Source: Mobula hypostoma (lineage: Eukaryota). From it: a DNA stretch of 64,000 nt. Location of the stretch: positions 52,888,001 through 52,952,000 of the forward strand of contig NC_086108.1 in NCBI RefSeq assembly GCF_963921235.1, in the 5' to 3' direction. Both the position numbers and the translations under genes were made by a program. The notes beneath the pieces are model-generated. The model searched no databases and had not been told where the DNA came from. It was given only the letters and a program-made list of their open reading frames with translations. Every line of letters begins with the position of its first letter. Position 1 is the stretch's first letter. Below are positions 50,966 to 63,910 of the stretch, one piece after another.

Positions 50966-51915
50966 CTGAGGGAAGGAAAAACAGTTTGAGATTTGTAATC
51001 TCATTCTATCAAAATTTAATGATTTATTGTTAAATTACTCCCTGCTCCCCTATGGGATAACGTAAAAGAAACAAGCAAGAACAAACACTGGCTATTATTT
51101 ATTTGCAAAGTTAATGCAGATGAAAAGCTATCTCAGCAAACGGGGCCCTGTGTAGTCATGGAAGCTGCTACTATAACCGTGTAAAATGTGTCTAATTGGC
51201 ATGAAAGAACACTAACAGGACGTTTTGCAAGACAAGCTTTGTGCCTTGGACATCTTATTTAGCTCAGCATAAACACAGTTCTTGTAGTAGTGGCTTCTAC
51301 ATACATTCTTCTTTTAAATAATAAAGATAATTGATTATTCATTGTGTATCCTTAGTCTCCATTTAATAATTATAGGCATTTGTGCTAACAGTAGATTTCA
51401 GAGAACATGTAAATTAAAGCTTTATGATTGCAAACAAGTATTTAAAGAATTCATTTGACTGAATCATCCAGATCATGATTTCAATTCGGTGTACTAATAT
51501 AATTTGATTAAAAACCACAGGCTGATTAAGAGGTATTAAGGTGTTAAATTGGAAACCTTGCATTGTATTTTACCTGCTATTCTTTATTATACTACTGCAA
51601 AGTTTTATCTCACTAATCATGCAACAAACTCAATTTTTTAAGTAGATTAATGGCACCCTCTTGTTAAGGAGTTCTTCTCACAGCTTTTGAAACAGGACTG
51701 TAAAATATAATTAAGTCTTTAATCTGTTCTGCACCTCAGCAGGTATATTTCCAACAATCCACCTTAACATTGAACAATTCCCTTACCAAAACATTGTTTT
51801 TTAATGTGTCCAATATACTCCTAACTCTACCTATTAGCACCTTCTAGCTGGATGAAGAAATTAAAATCCTGATCTTTTTTATCTCCTTGCTGATCCCAGC
51901 CTTGCATTTTGCAAA

Positions 51916-51995
51916 GGTGATGATTTTCAATGGTTGTGACCTACAGTGATGATGAACTTCAATGGTGATGATCTACAATGGTGATGGTCTTCAAT
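51916..51995. repeat. Minisatellite, 5 x 16 bp
   Basis: ggtgatgattttcaat / ggttgtgacctacagt / gatgatgaacttcaat / ggtgatgatctacaat / ggtgatggtcttcaat. Confidence 0.9.
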
Positions 51996-53099
51996 GATAT
52001 GTTATGCAGGAGGCATACTTTAGCACCTCCGTCCTGCCCAGCTTAGACAATTAATTTAAAGCAGAACAAATATCAACTTCTTTAGCAAATGTGGGAAATT
52101 GTTATGCTATGAACTTTGGCATGACCCCAGTTATCCACTAAACCAATAAATAGACAAAAAGGCTGAAACAAAACTACTCGCAGTTTCAAGCATTGCAGAA
52201 TTATATAGTTGTACTTTTGTTACACCTGATATATTTTTCATTTTATGTATCTTTTGAAAATATTAAATCTCAAATTTCAACTAATATTTCAATTTTTTTT
52301 CAAAAGTGATTCACTTGTAAAAGTTGTTTTCAATTAATGTTAATTTTATTGTGATATTTACTAACTCCTTAAACCCATATAAAGCTATGGCCATGTGTTC
52401 TGTTTTAAGTGGACTGTTGAGCATAGCAGATTCGCTTCCTGCTTTGGTACAATATTATTTGACCTGCCCTTGTCCATTTCCAGCTTAAGACAGCTCAGAA
52501 TTGGTCTTGCTCACCTAAGGCATTCTCAACTGAGACCAGTTGACCTGATACAGGTCAAGGATTTCACATTGGGCTTTCCTTGTCTGTGGTTAATCAATTT
52601 TTGTTTTTTTTTCTCTCTCAAGTTTGGTCTTGCCTTTCTGTCCTTCTGTTCTAATATAAGCTGATGGTTCCACAGATGTTTCATCTGGATACCCATTGCA
52701 AGTGTGATCACAAGCAGTGGCTACATGGAAGATACCATTTTTTGAATCCAGTGGTATCCGTTTTGAATCCAATGCTCAATTGGCATGTGTCCACACTAGG
52801 ACTGTGATAGAAACAGTACAGATTTTCTCCTACAAGTTTCTCCCTTCTTACTATAGAAGCACTTACACCAAATGTAACTTCCTAATTGCAATCCTGCCTC
52901 TCAGTGTAGACTGAATGAGTTGACCTCATCTGGGTTTGCATCATATAATATGATCTAGTTGGTATGTTTATCCCTTTGACTAATGAGGAACCACTTAAAA
53001 TTTCTATTGTACATCTTGTGTTTATTTGATGGGCACTTTCTTCTTCTTATAGCACCAATGGTATAACAAGGTCAAATTAAAGGTATTTTTCTCTCCCCA

Positions 53100-53385
53100 C
53101 CATTGCAGAGGTGTGCCTCAGGAAGATGGCATCCATCAATTAAGGACCCTCACCATCCAGTACACGCTGCCTTCTCATTACTCCCATCAGGGACGAGACA
53201 CAGCAGCCTGAAGATCCACACTCAATGATTTAGGGACAGCTTCTTCCTCCTCAGGCGTCAGATTTCTGAATGATCCATGAATCATTATATTTACACTATT
53301 TTTGTAATTTACAGATTTTATGTCTTGCATGTACTGTTGCTGAAAAATAATTTTCATGTCATATGAATGTGATAATTCTGATTCA
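53100..53385 (+). mobile_element. Rex1/Babar 3' tail
   Basis: gtgcctcaggaagatggcatccatc..aaggaccctcaccatccag..gggacagcttcttc; similar to 36640-37017. Confidence 0.8.
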
Positions 53386-55344
53386 AATTACAACTTTCTC
53401 TTTTTCAGTTATGTGTTAGTCACAAGGTTGCTTGTATACAGTATATGATCTCACTATTCTTCTTTCTCACTGCAAAACTGATGTTTCATTATTTCCTTTT
53501 TATTCGGGTCTTTTCCTACACATCATCCAAACATTTTTAACTTTGGCACTTCACTTAGCTCTTTTTTTTCATCTTTTAATCTGACAATAGTACTGATCTT
53601 CAACTATATGTCATTTACTTATTACCATTATAATTATTTCATTTAAAGATAATCTGGTGTTGTGCGCAGACCACTCCTCATTAGTTCAGAGTTAGTGGCT
53701 CTGTCCTTTTAGCTTATCTTCAATATTCTTCATACACACAACATTTCAAAAAGGGTCCTGTCTCTGCTTTGATCCCTTGTCAACTTTTTGATGAATAATG
53801 AAATGGTGGATAATTTCATAGTTACTACAATTGTACTGTGGGAATTGTTGAGAGCAAATAAACTCTATGATAAATCTAATACCAGGTTTAATTGTACTAG
53901 GCAGCATTTGAATCTGTTCAAATAACACCCATGCCCATTAGGGAAGGCATGAATTTTCTGTTCTAATACTCATTCTATGATACCTGGAGAGATTCCTCTA
54001 ATTGTGGATGCTGCAGAAGGATAGGTTAAAGTTTCATTGTGTGAGCTAGACTTCTTTTGTGAAATTATTATCTCGACACTGACTTGCATTCTCAGGAAGG
54101 CAGAATAGAACACATGGTAAGCAATAATACTTTCTAGCTTTTCCCCTTGCTTCTCTGGTTGAAATAATTAAACCAATTCATCCCTGCACAATCTGAGAGT
54201 TTACTCTCAAAGCCAGCCAGACAATTTCTGCTATGTTTTTCTTCATGCCAGTGGAAGTAAGAACTCAAGGGATATTGAGCCATTTTCAATGACTTTTAAC
54301 CAGTTTTTAAAGTGGAATGGTAATACATCAAGCCTGCCTGACCTTTTGCACCATTTATGAATTATCTGTTTTAGAATGGTGTGATCTGGCCATCTTTTAT
54401 TTGTGACACAATAGATACTTTGGAAATACAGATCAATATGGAGTAAGTTCACTGGGTGTAGTTAATGGCTACCATAGGGGCATTCTAACATTGACCTCTG
54501 ACCTTTTGAAGGAAAAAATCTATATACACAAAGGTCGTGACACCAGTGTTTATATTTTACAGATATGGAGCTGGAATGCATTTAAATATTTTCAAGATTT
54601 TAGTTATATAATGTATTCTGAAGCTTTGACTTAGAAGTTGTATATGGCTCTTCTTCCATCTTGGAAAAGAATCATTAAAATGTTCATCGAACAGATTGGA
54701 TGTAAAACATGACTACAAATGTTTTTATTTATGCTACAACATTAAGTACTACAGACTGATCAAAGGGAATGAAATACTAATGTCACACTGAATGGAAATA
54801 TTTTACACTTAAAGCTGTAACTAGGTTGCTAATTTAATTTTTGTTTCATATTGATTGATTCCTGGGGACCTAAAAATTGGAAAACTTTATACTTTGATAC
54901 TGCTGAGCTTTGGTTTAGAGATAGAGAACACTCCTGCTGTTAAGTATCATGGTAAATGCATTTATATAGCCCGTTGTTTTCACTTTACCCCCTCCCGCAG
55001 CGCAAGACTGATCACTGACTGATCCTGAATGGTTTTTCTTTTGGGGGCCATTCACAATGAGTTACTTCTGAAGTCCCCTGTCGCTAAACATTCCTTATTA
55101 GTTTAAGAAGTAAGAGACAACCATATTAACTAAGCACTGGCTGCACCAGAAGAATAGTCATTTATTGAAGAATGTTATTTTAAATCTAAAACATATAATT
55201 GCTTCAGCAAACTTGTGTGAATCCCAAATAGATCTGTAAAGGATACCAATACTGGAACTTTAAATACTGCTTATTCTTATAGCTTGCAAATAAATAATGC
55301 TGCCTACTCCTCTGCCTTCTTCTATTTTAACTGTGTACATAATA

Positions 55345-55855
55345 CACAGCTGTCTACAGGTTGTTTAAAATGAGAGAAAGTCAACATGATTTGAGAGGAA
55401 CATGTATATTTCAAAAACAAAAGATAAGAACAAATGTAAAAAGTCATTGTATTTCAGTCAGAGTGGTGAATTTATGGAACAGTTGTAGTGAGAATTTAAA
55501 AACGTGCACCACACTTAACAAGTTTTAAAAATTATTTAAAAGTAATTTAATGAACAAATATAAAATACATGATTTAAAATAAATGGGAGTAATGTAAATA
55601 AATGATACTTGAAATTGGATTTTGTGTTTAAAAATTATGAAATTTTTGTTTGATGTGATAATTGACACCAAATATGTTGTTGTATAAGCAAGAGGGGTAG
55701 GCGTAATAAGCTGTAGCTTCAGCCTACACCCTTTCGGTCTGTTTTAAAGAATATCTATTTTTTTTGTTGTAATTTTGTCTTATGAAATCATCGTTGAAAA
55801 AGATGCTTTTTGTTATGTTTGTACTGACCAAAATAAATTTCATTCATTCATTCAT
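55345..55855 (+). mobile_element. Crack/L2-like LINE 3' end
   Basis: Frame from 55352: VYRLFKMRESQHDLRGTCIFQKQKIRTNVKSHCISVRVVNLWNSCSENLKTCTTLNKF*KLFK; 3' stem-loop gggtaggc..aagctgtagctt..gcctacaccc; tail aataaatttcattcattcattcat. Confidence 0.7.
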
Positions 55856-55974
55856 ATAGCAACTTTTAGGCCCTCAAAATGGAGTGCCGATTATCTCTTT
55901 TATTCTGCAACTATTTTTTAATATCGAATCATTTATCGAGCTATTATTTTTTCTATGTTACCTCGTGGTCTTTT

Positions 55975-56213
55975 GGAATTTTTTTTAGCCAAAGTGTGGT
56001 GAAGCTGTTGAATGCTCTGTCACAGACTGTGGTGGAGGCCAAGTCCAAGGGAATTTTGATAGATTCCTGATTGGGCAGGGCATCAAGGGATATAGTGAGA
56101 GGGCGGGTGTATGGGGTTGAAACTGAGCTGGGGTCAGCCATGATGAAATGGTGGGGCAGACTCAATGGGCTGAATGGCCTAATTCTGCTCCTAGGTTTAT
56201 GGTCCTATGGTCT
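55975..56213 (+). mobile_element. CR1 3' tail
   Basis: gaattttttttagccaaagtgtggtgaagctg...gggctgaatggcctaattctgctcct; same as 62620-62853 and 63690-63905. Confidence 0.85.
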
Positions 56214-56676
56214 CTTCAACTTTATTGATTACATATATTTTGAACTTTATAAAATAATAAAAGTAAGGCAGGTGCCTGGACGTCTCTGCTGTTCAGACTT
56301 CACAAGCTATGTTAACCTTGGGAAAAGAAACAACATAAAGTAATGAAAATCTGAAACTTGTGCATTACCATGTCGTTCAGCTTAAACTCACAACAGACAC
56401 TAAGGTCATATGTCTGGGGTACCCGACCTTTTTTCTGTAATCTCCAATTGCATCTTGTTATTATGCCATTATATGTATGAAAAGAACATAAAAGTTCTTT
56501 CAAGCTGAAGGCTGAAATCAGGCCAGACCACTCATTCAATATCTCTGCTACCTTTTAACTCTTGTCTAAAAAGCATTTCACAATCCTACTCCCATTAGAC
56601 ATAGAATTTAAACAAGGCAATGATGTTTCTTTAATTCATTATTAATTTTTACATAATTGACTGTCTTACCAAGATA

Positions 56677-56692
56677 CCACAAGGTGGCAGTA
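56677..56692 (+). promoter_or_regulatory. CTCF-binding consensus match
   Basis: CCACAAGGTGGCAGTA in unique sequence; motif only. Confidence 0.4.
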
Positions 56693-56819
56693 TGAGAAAT
56701 GGGTATCAAACTTGCATATGTGGATACTCCTCTGAACTTGCAAATTCATTGTTGAGTTACTGAAGAAGAAATTATGCTCTGCTATGATAGCTCCCTGTGT
56801 AAAAACAAAACAGCTCTAA

Positions 56820-59322
56820 TAGCCCCTATACTTCCCTCCTAGTATGTTGAAGTTAGGCCCTCTTGTATTAGATATTTCCTTCCTGGGAAAAGTCTCTGGC
56901 TGTCCACTCGATCTATGCCTTTTAACATCTTGTACGCATCTATCTTGTTACCGCTCATCCTCACTCAATCCATAGAGAAAAGCCCTAGCTCACTCAGCCT
57001 ATTCTCATAAGGCATGCTTTCTAATCCAGGCATTGTCCTGGTAAATCTCTTCTGCACTCTCTCTAAAGCTTCCACATCCTTCCTATCATGAGGTGACCAG
57101 AACTGAACAGGATACTCCAAGTGTGGTCTAGCCAGGGCTTTATGGAGATGCAACATTACCTCATGGCTCCTGAACTCAATCCCCAACTAATGAAGTGCAA
57201 CACATCATTCACCTTCTTAACCATTCTACCAACTTGCCCAGCAACTTTGAAGAACTTGTGGATGTAGACCCCAAGATTCCTCTGTTCCATCACACTGCAA
57301 AGAATTCTGTCATTAACTCTGTACTCTGCCTTCAAATTCAACCTTCCAAAGTGAATCACTTCACCCATTTCTGGGTTGAACTCCATCTGCTTCTTCTCAG
57401 CCCATCTCCACATCCTGTCAACATCCCATTGTAACCTATTTAAATCACACATAACTCCACCAGCCTTTGGGTCATCTACAAACTTCCTAACCCACCCTTC
57501 CATTTCCTCATTTAAGTCATCTATAGAAGTCACAGAGAGCAGGGGTCCCAGAACAGATCCTTGCAAAACACCACTGGTCACTGACCTCCGGGTGGAATAC
57601 TCTCCATCGACTACCACTCTCTGCCCTCTGTGCCCATGAAGACAGTTTTTTTTCTGGACCCCGTGCCTCATGATTTTCTAAGTGAGTCTGCCATGGGGAG
57701 CCTTGTCAAATGCCTTATTAAAACCCATATACACCATACCTACTGCTCTGCTTCCATCAATATGTTTTGTCACTTCCTCAAAGAATTCAATCAGGCTCAT
57801 GAGGCATGACCTGCCCTTCACAAAACCATGTTGACTATCTCTAATCAGACAATGGTTCTCCAAATGCTTGGAAATTCTGTCTGTTAGAAACCTTTCCAAT
57901 CGTTTGCCCACCACTGACATAAGACTCACTGGTCTATAATTCCTAGGATAATGTAATTGGTGGAGACATACATAATTCACAATCACCAATATTGCGTTGG
58001 GGTTCACTTTATGCGGCTGGTCTGAGGTGATGACATATTACATGAAGTTCAGTTACTGTGCTTTGTGTTCAGGTTTTGGATTACAATAAATGAGTTGTTA
58101 CGATTTTTCTTAAAAGTAAAATACCTCAAATCATTTTATTTGTGAAAACCTACACTAGTACCTTTCTTGAATAAAGGAATAACATTTGCCACACTCCAAT
58201 CATCTGGTACTTCTCCTGTGGCCTGTGAGAATGCCGAAGAAGCAGCAGTCTTCCCTCGTTTCCCATTTTAACCTGGGGTACGTCTCATCTGGCCGCCTTG
58301 ACTTATATATCTTAATGCTTTTCAAAAGTTCCAGCACAGACTCTTTCTTAACATGGACATGTTCCAGCCTATCTGCCTGTTTTACATTGACCTCACATTC
58401 ATCAAGGTTCCTCTCACTGGTAAATACTGAAGCAATGTATTCATTGAAGACCTCCCCTACCTCCTCCGGCTCCAGACACAGGTTTCCCCTTTTATCTCTG
58501 ATCAGTCCTACCCTCTCTCTAGTCATCCTCCTGTTCTTCATATATGTGTGGAACCCCGTAGAGTTTTCCTTAATCCTGCTCATACTCCCTTCTAGCTCTT
58601 CTCTCTTAAGCTCCTTCCTGACTAACTCCAGAGTTCTGTATGATCCCTGTCTCCTAAACCTTAACTAAGCTTCTTCCTTCCTCTTGACTACATGTTCCAC
58701 ATCTCTTTTCCACCATCCTTTCAGCCTACTATCCTTTCCCTGCCTCAGTGGGATGAACCTATACAGAACCATGTGTAAGTGCTCTCTAAACAACCTCCAC
58801 ATTTTGGTTTTGCATTTTCCTGAGTATTCCCAATTTATGCTCCCAAGTTGCTGCCTAATAGCATCATAATTCCCCTTCTCCCAATTAAATGCTTTCCTAT
58901 ACCGTCTTCTCCTATCACTGCCCAAGCCTATGGTAAAGAGCAAGGAGTTGTGGTCCCTATCTCCAAAATGCTCACCCACCAAGAGATCTGTCACCTGACT
59001 AGGTTCATTGCCTAGTACCAGATCCAGTATGGCCTCTCCTCTTGTTGGTTTGCCTACCAATAGTGTCAGGAATCCTTCCTTGACATATTCAACCAATTCC
59101 TTTTGCACTGAGGATGTGCCAGTCAAAATCAGGGAAGTTGAAGCCACCCATGACAACAACCCTGTTATTTTTGCACCTTTCCAAAATCTGCCTTCAGATC
59201 TGCACCTTTGTGTCTCTATTGCAATTGGGGATGGGTGGTGGTGGTGGGAGTGGTCTATAGAATACTCCGAACAGAGAGATTTCTCCCTTCCTATTTCTTA
59301 CTTCCACATACGCTGACTCAGT
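56820..59322 (-). mobile_element. CR1 LINE ORF2 (APE endonuclease part plus RT), decayed
   Basis: KPTRGEAILDLVLGNEP..GEHFGDRDHNSL; NYRPVSLMSVVGK..SQHGFVKGRSCLMSL..FNKAFDK; VTSGVLQGSVLGPLL..KFVDD; LARPHLEYPVQFWSP. Confidence 0.95.
57952..58154 (+). mobile_element. Probable small solo LTR inserted in CR1
   Basis: 203-bp non-CR1 block interrupting aattcctaggata..tacctttcttgaa; TGTA...TACA termini, internal aataaa; no clear TSD. Confidence 0.45.
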
Positions 59323-62300
59323 CGATGATTTTTTTCGGGAGACAAGGTGAGGATGTCCTGAAGAGAGATTTTAGGGAGCTAGGTGGAAAGCTGAGAAACA
59401 GGATCTTCAGAGTAGTAATCTCTGGATGCTGCCTGTACCATGTGGTAGTGAGGGTAAGAATTGGGTGATTTGGCAGGTGAATGCTTGGTTGAGGACCTGG
59501 TGCAGACAACAAGAGTTTCAGATTTTTGGATCATTGGGATCTCTTTTGGGGAAAATACGACCTTTACCAAAAGGATAGGTTACACCTGAATCCGAAGGGG
59601 GTCTAATATCCTTGTGGGTAGGTTTGCTAGAGTTGTTCGGGAGGTTTTAAACTAATCTGGCAGGGTGATGGGAACCAGAGTGAAAGTGCTAAGGATGAGG
59701 TAGACAGCTTACAAAGGTAATGTGTATTGAGACTCCTAGCAAGGAGAGGCTGACGACAGGGCAAAATTGCAGTCAACAGGATGAGTTGCAATGTAAAAGG
59801 CAGACAAAATTGAAAAGAGAGAATGCAGGACTGAAGGTGTTATATTTGAATTGGCACAATACAGGCAGGTAGGCAGAGGTGGTGATGTGGCTCTGTTGGT
59901 AAAAAATGAAATCAAATCATTAGAAAGAGGTGACATAGGGTCAGAAATTGTTGACTCATTGTGGGTAGAATTAAAGAACTGCAAGGGTAAAAAGACCCTG
60001 ACAGGAGTTGTATACAGACCCCCGAACAGTAGTAAGGATGTGGTCTACAGATTACAACAGGAGATAGCAAATACATACCGAAGGGCAATGTTACGATTGT
60101 CATGGGTAATTTCAATATGCAAGTGGATTGGGAAAATCATTTTGGTGCTGGATCCCAAGGGGAGGAATTTCTAGAATGCCTACAAGATAGCTTTTTAGAG
60201 CAGCTCATGATTGAGTCCACGAGGGGATCAGCTATTCTGGATTAGGTGTTGTGTGATGAACCGGAATTAATTAGAGACTTTAAGGTAAAAGAACCCTTAG
60301 GAACAGGTGATCATAATATGATAGGTTGTTTCTCAGGGCTGAAATGGTTGCCACAAGAGGACACAGGTTTGAGGTGCTGGGGAATAGGTATAGAGGAGAT
60401 GTCAGGGATAAGTTTTTTACTCAGAGAGCAGTGAGTGCGTGGAATGGGCTGCTGGCAATGGTGGTGGAGGCAGATATGATAGGGTCTTTTAAGAGACTTT
60501 TAGATAGGCATATGGAGCTTAGTAAAATAGAGGGCTATAGGTAAGCCTAGTAATTTCTAAGGTAGGGACATGTTCGGCACAACTCTGTGGGCCGAAGGGC
60601 CTGTATTGTGCTGTAGGTTTTCTATGTTTCTAATTCATCCTGAAATTTGAGAAGGAGAAGCTAAAGTCAAATGTATCAGTATTACAGTGGAGTAAAGGGA
60701 ATTACAAAGGCTTGAGAGAGGAGTTGGCCAAAATTGATTGGAAAAGGACACTGGCAGGGATGATGGCAGATCAGCAATGGCTGGAAGTTCTGGAAGCAAT
60801 TCGGAAGGCACAGGATATACCAATCCCAAAGAGGAAGAAGTATTCTAAAGGCAAGATGACACAACTGTGGCTAACAAGAAAAGTCAAAGCCAACCTCCAA
60901 GCCAAAGAGATAGCATACAATAGAGCAAAAATGAGTGGGAAATTAGAGAATTTGGAAGTTTTTAAAAACTAACAGGAGGCAACTAAAAAGTCATTAAGAA
61001 GAAAAGATAGAATACGAAAGTAAGCTAGCCAATAATATTAAAGTGGAAGCCAAAAGTTTTTTTCGGATTAATAAAGTACAGAAGAGAGATGAGAGTGGAT
61101 ATCAGACGGCTGGAAAACAATGCTGGAGAGGTTGTAATGGGAATCAAGGAAATGGTGAATATGTATTTTGGATCAGTCTTCACTATGGAAGACACTAGCA
61201 ATATGATGGAAGTTCCAGGTGTCAGGGGTCATAAAGTGTGTGAAATTACCACTACCAGGGAGAAGATCCTTGGGAAACAGAAAGATCTGAAGATAGATCA
61301 GTTAGCTGGACTAGATGGTGTACACTACAGGGTTCTGAAATTGGTGGTTGAAGAGATTGTGGAGGCATTAGTAATGATATTTCAAGAATCACTAGATTCT
61401 GGAATGGTTCCAAAAGACCAGAAAATTACAAAAGTCTTAACACTCTTCAAGAAGGGAGAGAGGCAGAAGAAAGGAAATTATAGGCCAGTTAGTCTGACCT
61501 CAGTGATTGGGAAGATGTTGGAGTCGATTGTTAAGGATAAGGTCTCAGGGTACTTGGAGGCACCAGGTAAAATAGGCCATAGTCAGCATGGTTTCCTCAA
61601 AGGAGAATCTTGCCTGACAAATCTGTTGGAATTCTTTGAAGAAACAACAAGCAGGATAGACAAAGGAAAATCGGTTGATGATATATACTTGGATTTTCAG
61701 AAGACTTTGACAAGGTGCCACGCGAGGCTGCTTAACAAGCTATGAGCCCATGGTATTACAGGAGAGATTCCAGCATGGATAAAGCAGTGGCTGATTGGCA
61801 GGAGGCAGACAGGGAATAAAGGGAGCCTTCTCTGGTTGTTGTTGGTGACTAGTGGTGTTCCACAGGGGTATGTGTGGGAACCGCTTCGTTTTACATTATA
61901 TAACAATGACCTGGATGATGGAATTGATGACTTTGTTGAAAAGTTTGTGGATGATATGAAGATAGGTGGAGGTGCAGATAGTTTTGAAGAAGTAGTGAGG
62001 CTACAAGAAGGACTTGGACAGATTAGAACAATAGGCAAAGAAGTGGCTGATGGAATAGTGTCAGGAAGTATATGGTCATGCACTTGGTGGAAGAAATGAA
62101 AGAGTTGACTATTTTCTAAATGGAGAGAAAATATGAAAACCTGAGGTGCAAAGGGACCTGGGAGTCCTTGTGCAGGATTCCCTAAAGGTTAATTTACAGG
62201 TTGGGTCTGTGGTGAGGATGGTAAATGTGATGAAACATTCATCTCAAGAGGTCTAGAATATAAAAGGAAGGATATAATGTTGAGACTTTATAAAGCATTG

Positions 62301-62853
62301 GTGAAGCCTCACTTGGAGTATTGTGAGCTGTTTTGGGGCCCCTTAACTTAGAAAGGATGTGCTGAAACTGGACGGGGTTCAAAGGAGGTTCACAAAAGTG
62401 ATTCCAGGATAGAATGTCTTGTCATATGAAGACTGTTTGATAGCTCAGGGCCTGTATTCACTAGAATTCAGAAGAATGAGGGGTGACCTAATTGAAACCT
62501 ACCGAATGGTGAAAGGCCTTAATAGAATGGATGTGGGGAGGCTGTTTCCTGTGATGTGGGAATCTAAGACCAGAGAATGCAGCCTCAGAATAGCGGGACG
62601 TCCTTTTAGAATGCAAATGAGAAGGAATTTCTTCAGCCAGAGAGTGTTGAATCTTTGCCACACAAGGCTGTGTGCACCGATCACTGGGTACATTTAAGGT
62701 GGAGGTTGATTGATTCTTGCTTAATCAGGGTATCAAAGGTTATGGAGAGAAGACAGGAGAATAGGGTTGAAACTGATAATAAAACAACCATGATGGAATG
62801 GCAGAGCAGACTCGATGGGACAAATAGGCTAATTCTGCTCCTGGGTATTATGG
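59323..62853 (+). mobile_element. CR1 LINE, long decayed copy: ORF1 esterase-like end, ORF2 EN plus RT, 3' tail
   Basis: ORF1 remnant EDVLKRDFRELGGKLRNR..RVVISG, NAWLRTWC, DRLHLNPKG; EN GGDVALLVK..GVVYRPPN; RT GNYRPVSLTSVIGKMLE..SQHGFLKGESCLTNL..YLDFQK; VTSGVPQG..KFVDD. Confidence 0.95.
60321..60632 (+). mobile_element. Young CR1 3' end nested in the older CR1
   Basis: RAEMVATRGHRFEVLGNRYRGDVRDKFFTQR; reverse complement of 24065-24370; splits host gatcataatatgata | aattcatcctgaaatttgag. Confidence 0.92.
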
Positions 62854-62864
62854 TCAAAGCCCTT

Positions 62865-63910
62865 CCAGGTGGAATACCTTGTTGGGAATTGATTGACTAT
62901 TTTCTAAAGGGAGAGTAAAAACAAAAAAATTAAGGTGCAAAGTCCTTGTGCAGGATTCTCTAAAGGTTAATTCGCAGGTTGAATCTATGGTAAAGAAGGC
63001 AAATGAAATGTTAACATTCATCTCAAGAGGAATGGAATATAAAACCAAGGTCCTGTAGTGATGTACAACACACAGCGCTAGAATAACGACACGTAGTCGG
63101 TGAATTGGAGTTGCGATAAAAGAGATTTATTCAAACTTCACGGCCTCCTTTAAAGCCTGCCCGTTCCTGCCCTCCCTGGGTGGGACTGCAGTGGGGAATG
63201 CATATTTGCAGACGCTTTCCGCACGCAGGATTTGCCCCCTGCTGGTGAAGATGGCCTGGCACCCTTTATGGGGCCGGCCTCTCTGCCGGCACGCGCCGTT
63301 TCGTGAGCCGGTTCGAGTGTGCTGGAAAGTGGGTCGCCACAGTCATGATGCTGAGGCTTTATAAAGCACTGGTGAGGCCTCACTTGAGTATTGTGAGCAG
63401 TTTTGGGTCCCTTATCTCAAAGGATGTGGTGACACTGGAGAAGTTTTAAAGGAGATTCACAAAAATGACTCCAGGGTTCAACAGCTTGTCATATGAAGAG
63501 CATTTGATGGCTCTGGGCCTGTATTCACTAGAATTCAGAAGAATGAGGGGTGACCTAATTGAAACCTATTGAATGGTGAAAGGCCTTGGTAGTGTGGACG
63601 TGGAGAGGATGTTTCTTATGGTGGGAAAGTCTAGGACCAGAGGACACAGCCTAAGAATAGAGGGGCATCCTTTTAGAATGGAGATGAGGAGGAATTTCTT
63701 TAGCCAGAGAGCAGTGAATCTGTGGAATTCTTTGCCACAGGCAGCTGTGGAGGCCAAGTTCTTAGGTTGATAGATTTTTGATTGGTCAGGGCATGATGAG
63801 ATACGGGCGGAAGGTAGGAGATTGGGGCTGAGAGGGAAATTGGATCAGCCATGATGAAATGGTGGAGCAGACTCGATGGGCCAAATGGCCTAATTCTGCT
63901 CCTATATCTG
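62865..63910 (+). mobile_element. Second CR1 3' fragment in tandem, interrupted by a solo LTR
   Basis: Colinear with 62100-62853; RTRGHSLRIEGHPFRMEMRRNFFSQRAVNLWNSLPQ. Confidence 0.92.
63054..63341 (-). mobile_element. Solo LTR (Gypsy-like), 288 bp, CpG-rich
   Basis: TGTAGTGA...TCGCCACA imperfect inverted termini; flanks gtcc/gtca (4-bp TSD, one mismatch); aataaa and tttaaa on minus; removal restores CR1 aaccaaggtcatgatgctgagg. Confidence 0.8.

Noticed and set aside
51916..51995. CRISPR-like array or C/D snoRNA (repeated TGATGA)
   Set aside because: Contiguous tandem units with no spacers, eukaryotic context, and no matching D box or terminal stem.
54991..55109. Plus-strand acceptor cactttaccccctcccgcag with a downstream gtaaga
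   Set aside because: Stops in all frames and no other support; cannot be excluded as a non-coding exon.
56820..63910. Head-to-head CR1 junction at about 59323 as a single 5'-inverted (twin-primed) element, or as an active LINE
   Set aside because: Both sides contain their own diverged EN and RT regions, so they are independent copies; all frames have stops and frameshifts.
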